The notes beneath the pieces are model-generated. The model was not told where the DNA came from and did not search any database. It saw only the letters and a program-made list of their open reading frames with translations. This document shows positions 8,408-11,448 of a DNA stretch of 11,448 nucleotides, one piece after another. Made by a program: the position numbers and the translations under genes. This stretch comes from Methanobacteriaceae archaeon (GTDB taxonomy: Archaea > Methanobacteriota > Methanobacteria > Methanobacteriales > Methanobacteriaceae), in contig PWMT01000022.1 in the NCBI GenBank assembly GCA_003558085.1, positions 1 through 11,448 on the forward strand, read 5' to 3'. How positions within the stretch are numbered: the first letter of the stretch is position 1; each line of letters starts with the position of its first letter.

Positions 8408-9886
8408 TTATTTGTGATTGAAGGGAATAGAGAATTTCTTTTCCACATCTTCACGATAAATGGAATTCATAGTGCAGAAAGGAACTATACGACCATCTGG
8501 TAATGCGTAATGGATGACACATCTTCTAACTCGATCTACATCAAAGTTCCAGGGATCCATGAAATGCATACAGGAAATTAATAAACTTTTATAATGAAAA
8601 TCACCTAAGGATCGATAAGATCTATCTTTGATTACAGATGCCAACATATTTTTAATATCCAGTGAATTTGGAGTTTCGCTGGTATGAATAGTTCGAGGTA
8701 ATTCTAGTGTAGCTCGAGCTACACTTTTTGCTTTGCCAGTTAATCCACCGTTTTTAATATCGTGGGAGCTTTTTTCTAAGAGATCAAAAAATCTATCCAC
8801 ATCTAAAAAACGAGTGATAGGTATTATTTCACCATTATCTATGAAAATGTAGGTGGCTGTTCCACAATGAGGATGGCAAGTAAAGGTTACCTGAGGCTCG
8901 TCCTCCAAAACCTGTACAAACTCAGATAAGGAATGTACTGAAGAAGCCGGGTAAAAATCATCGATTTGGATTTTAGAAGCAGTTTGTTTTTCCACCATCT
9001 TTTGAAAGTCGGGTATAGTTACTCGTTGAGCTTCAACTTGATCTGCAGGGGTTCTTCCAGCAAAGGAAACTGGTTGGAAATTCACCCCTCGAATAATATC
9101 TATATTATTCACTGCAAAACGAATTATATCTCCTATTTGATCGTCATTAACACCCTTAACGATTGTAGGAACCAGTACTATAGCCAATTTATATTTTCGG
9201 CAATTTTCTATAGCTTCTAATTTCAAAGGCAGAATATTTCTTCCGCGATTATTGATATAAGGAATTTCATTTACACCATCAAATTGAAGATAAACTGTAT
9301 TTAATTTAGCTTCTTTTAGTTCTCTAACTAGATCAGGGTTTTTAGCTAATTTTATACCATTGGTAGCTATTTGGGTATGAGTAAATCCTTCTTCTTTAGC
9401 CAATTTAATTAAATCTACAATATCCTTTCTGATGGTAGGTTCTCCTCCTGCATATTGGATGGCGGGAGTAGGGACTGGTTTATTAGAACGTAAATTTCTA
9501 AGCATAGTTCTTATTTCCTCGAAAGAGGGTTCATATAAATATTTAGAAACTGCGGCATTAGCAAAACATACTGGACATTTTAAATTACAACGATTAGTAA
9601 CATCAATAAGACCTAAAATAGTATGACTTTCATGTTCTGGGCAAATACCACAATCTAAAGGACATGATTTATTAATTTTGGTTTGAGAATTATGCAATCC
9701 CTTCCCAGTATAATTAAATTCTTCTGCTTTTTTATAAATATCACTATCACTCCAATAAACATTGTTAAAAGTACCATGTTCTGGGCATTCTTTTTTAATC
9801 ATCACTTTACCCTGATCATTATAAAGATATGCCTCCAATGGTTTCAAACATTGAGGACAAAGGCTTTTAGTCTTTTTGATTATCAC
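8408..9886 (-). CDS. tes: Tetraether lipid synthase Tes / GDGT-macrocyclic archaeol synthase (MJ0619 family radical SAM)
   Basis: N-terminal rubredoxin-like SLCPQC...ECPEHG, auxiliary cluster CPLDCGICPEH, radical SAM CNLKCPVC, and C-terminal CHPHCG, RRCVIHY and VPFCT. GGTGA RBS (9891-9895) points to the GTG at 9886, with ATG 9898 as alternative. Confidence 0.88.
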   Translation of the reverse strand: MIIKKTKSLCPQCLKPLEAYLYNDQGKVMIKKECPEHGTFNNVYWSDSDIYKKAEEFNYTGKGLHNSQTKINKSCPLDCGICPEHESHTILGLIDVTNRCNLKCPVCFANAAVSKYLYEPSFEEIRTMLRNLRSNKPVPTPAIQYAGGEPTIRKDIVDLIKLAKEEGFTHTQIATNGIKLAKNPDLVRELKEAKLNTVYLQFDGVNEIPYINNRGRNILPLKLEAIENCRKYKLAIVLVPTIVKGVNDDQIGDIIRFAVNNIDIIRGVNFQPVSFAGRTPADQVEAQRVTIPDFQKMVEKQTASKIQIDDFYPASSVHSLSEFVQVLEDEPQVTFTCHPHCGTATYIFIDNGEIIPITRFLDVDRFFDLLEKSSHDIKNGGLTGKAKSVARATLELPRTIHTSETPNSLDIKNMLASVIKDRSYRSLGDFHYKSLLISCMHFMDPWNFDVDRVRRCVIHYALPDGRIVPFCTMNSIYREDVEKKFSIPFNHK

Positions 9887-9986
9887 AATTTCACCCATAT
9901 CTATTTATATAAAATCATAAATCATATAATCAGTTTTATTCATCTTATTAAAATTATTATAATTTCAGCAATTAATGAGGAAAACA

Positions 9987-10505
9987 ATGAATGCCGAATC
10001 AATCAATATTTTGAATATGGTTGCCTATGTAATATACTTTATGCTACCAGCTTATTTGGCTAACGTTACAGCATTAACTTTTGGAGGTGGAACTCCGCTA
10101 GACTTTGGAGGTTATTATAAGGATGGTTATAGATTACTGGGAAATGGTGTAACATGGAAAGGTACAATAATCGGAAGTTTATTTGGAACTTCTATTGGAA
10201 TTATACAAGGAATTATCATTGGAAATATTGTTCAAGGTTTTTTATTAGGTTTCACTTTATCAATTGGAGCTCTTATGGGAGATGCAGCAGGTAGTTTTAT
10301 TAAAAGAAGATTGAAGATTGAAAGTGGAAAACCAGCTCCTATTTTAGATCAATTAGATTTCGTTGTGGGAGCATTATTATTATCTTCTCTGATTCAACCT
10401 TTACCTGCTATTTTAATAATGTTAATCTTAATAATTACCATAATTTTACATCTATCTGCTAATATACTAGCTTATGGTCTAGGTATTAAAGAAGTATGGT
10501 ATTAA
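9987..10505 (+). CDS. carS: CDP-archaeol synthase (DUF46 family membrane protein)
   Basis: PAYLAN, GGGTPLDFG, LLGNGVTWKG, GDAAGSFIKRR and PILDQLDF, with several hydrophobic helices. GAGG at 9977-9980 favours ATG 9987 over 9975. Confidence 0.92.
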   Translation: MNAESINILNMVAYVIYFMLPAYLANVTALTFGGGTPLDFGGYYKDGYRLLGNGVTWKGTIIGSLFGTSIGIIQGIIIGNIVQGFLLGFTLSIGALMGDAAGSFIKRRLKIESGKPAPILDQLDFVVGALLLSSLIQPLPAILIMLILIITIILHLSANILAYGLGIKEVWY

Positions 10506-10706
10506 CTAATCTCTATTCCTCACCTATTTTTTAAGTTAATAAAAGAAATTATCTATAGTTATTAAAATCTAAAAACAGGAAAAACACAATACCTTAAATC
10601 ATACGATAACCAGTAGAAACCCTACAAAATAAATCAGTATAAAAATTTTCTGTATAATAAAGTGAATTTATAAAAAAAGCTAATAAGATTTTTTAGATTC
10701 ACAAAT

Positions 10707-11447
10707 CTAGGAAAGGAATTCTTCCATCATTAAGGCTGTTCCCACTGCCGGGGCAACCACACATTCTTCAATAGTTAAAAACTCATCCATTCCCACCACT
10801 TTCATTCCCACCATTTTTGCTGCAGGAGAGGCAAGAATATTCATTCCTAAACCAGTGATAACTGCTTCATCCAGAAATTCATTATGAGAAATTTCAGAAA
10901 GTGCTTCAGAGATTCTGGAGACTTGTTCCTGATATACATAATCACATAAAGAAATTATATCTGATTCTGATAAAGTATCTAAATCAGTACATAATAGCCT
11001 TGCAATGCGGCGCATGGAATCTTTTCTAGATTTACCCTCCCCATCCGGAGTAGTGCAAGTGTAATCGTTTTTACTAATATTTCCCAATACATTATGCACA
11101 TCAGCAGAGATAGCAAATGTTTCAGCTGAAACCCGAAACCATCCTTCATCTAGAGGAACCTGATCCACTAAAGTAGCTATATTAGTGCGTAAAGTACCTG
11201 TATAAATTAATTCTCCAGTTCCCAACCTCTCCAAATCAGTTCTACCCCGAACACATTCTTTACCACCTTTGATGGGAATAATATCTGTGGTGGTGCTGCC
11301 TACATCCACCAGGATACAGTCTGAAGACATGATAGAAGCAATTTGAGAAGTAGGTATCCAATTGGCAGCTGCCACTTTCCATGGTACCTGGACCACTCTT
11401 TTAGGTTTCATCATTCCTTCTAAACTTAAAAGAGTGGTCCAGGTACC
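10707..11447 (-). CDS. mfnF: MfnF-like hydantoinase/oxoprolinase-family protein (methanofuran biosynthesis), 5'-truncated
   Basis: VAAANW, LVDVGSTTTDIIPI, RTDLERL..GELIYTGTLRTN, FAISADV, TPDG and VAPAVG. The frame is open to the window end, but the last ~22 nt are an inverted copy of adjacent sequence. Confidence 0.78.
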   Translation of the reverse strand, partial: GTWTTLLSLEGMMKPKRVVQVPWKVAAANWIPTSQIASIMSSDCILVDVGSTTTDIIPIKGGKECVRGRTDLERLGTGELIYTGTLRTNIATLVDQVPLDEGWFRVSAETFAISADVHNVLGNISKNDYTCTTPDGEGKSRKDSMRRIARLLCTDLDTLSESDIISLCDYVYQEQVSRISEALSEISHNEFLDEAVITGLGMNILASPAAKMVGMKVVGMDEFLTIEECVVAPAVGTALMMEEFLS

Positions 11448-11448
11448 A
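11382..11448. repeat. Terminal inverted repeat (fold-back hairpin)
   Basis: 11382-11403 TGGTACCTGGACCACTCTTTTA is the exact reverse complement of 11427-11448. It extends to 27 bp with one G-T pair and a 13-nt loop (11409-11421). Confidence 0.95.

Overview
An AT-rich archaeal chromosomal segment that looks like core genome of a Methanobacteriales methanogen (Methanobacterium/Methanothermobacter-like), judged from gene content, GGTGA-type RBS, BRE/TATA promoters and an HMf-type histone. Gene order: partial deoC, cyclophilin-like DUF369 protein, cofH (-), histone, rubrerythrin, tRNA-Val(GAC)/tRNA-Phe(GAA), then a minus-strand run of tRNA methylthiotransferase, pcm, an uncharacterised Zn-ribbon protein, homoaconitase small subunit, beta-RFAP synthase and tetraether lipid synthase Tes, followed by divergent carS and a 5'-truncated mfnF-like gene. 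I see no mobile element, CRISPR array or clearly novel system. Unexplained structure: a 50-bp tandem duplication overlapping the rubrerythrin stop, a five-copy ~30-bp degenerate repeat array upstream of the methylthiotransferase, a strong orphan RBS with a 9-codon ORF upstream of pcm, and a 22-bp perfect fold-back inverted repeat at the extreme right end (probably an artefact). All product calls rest on motif recognition, not database searches.
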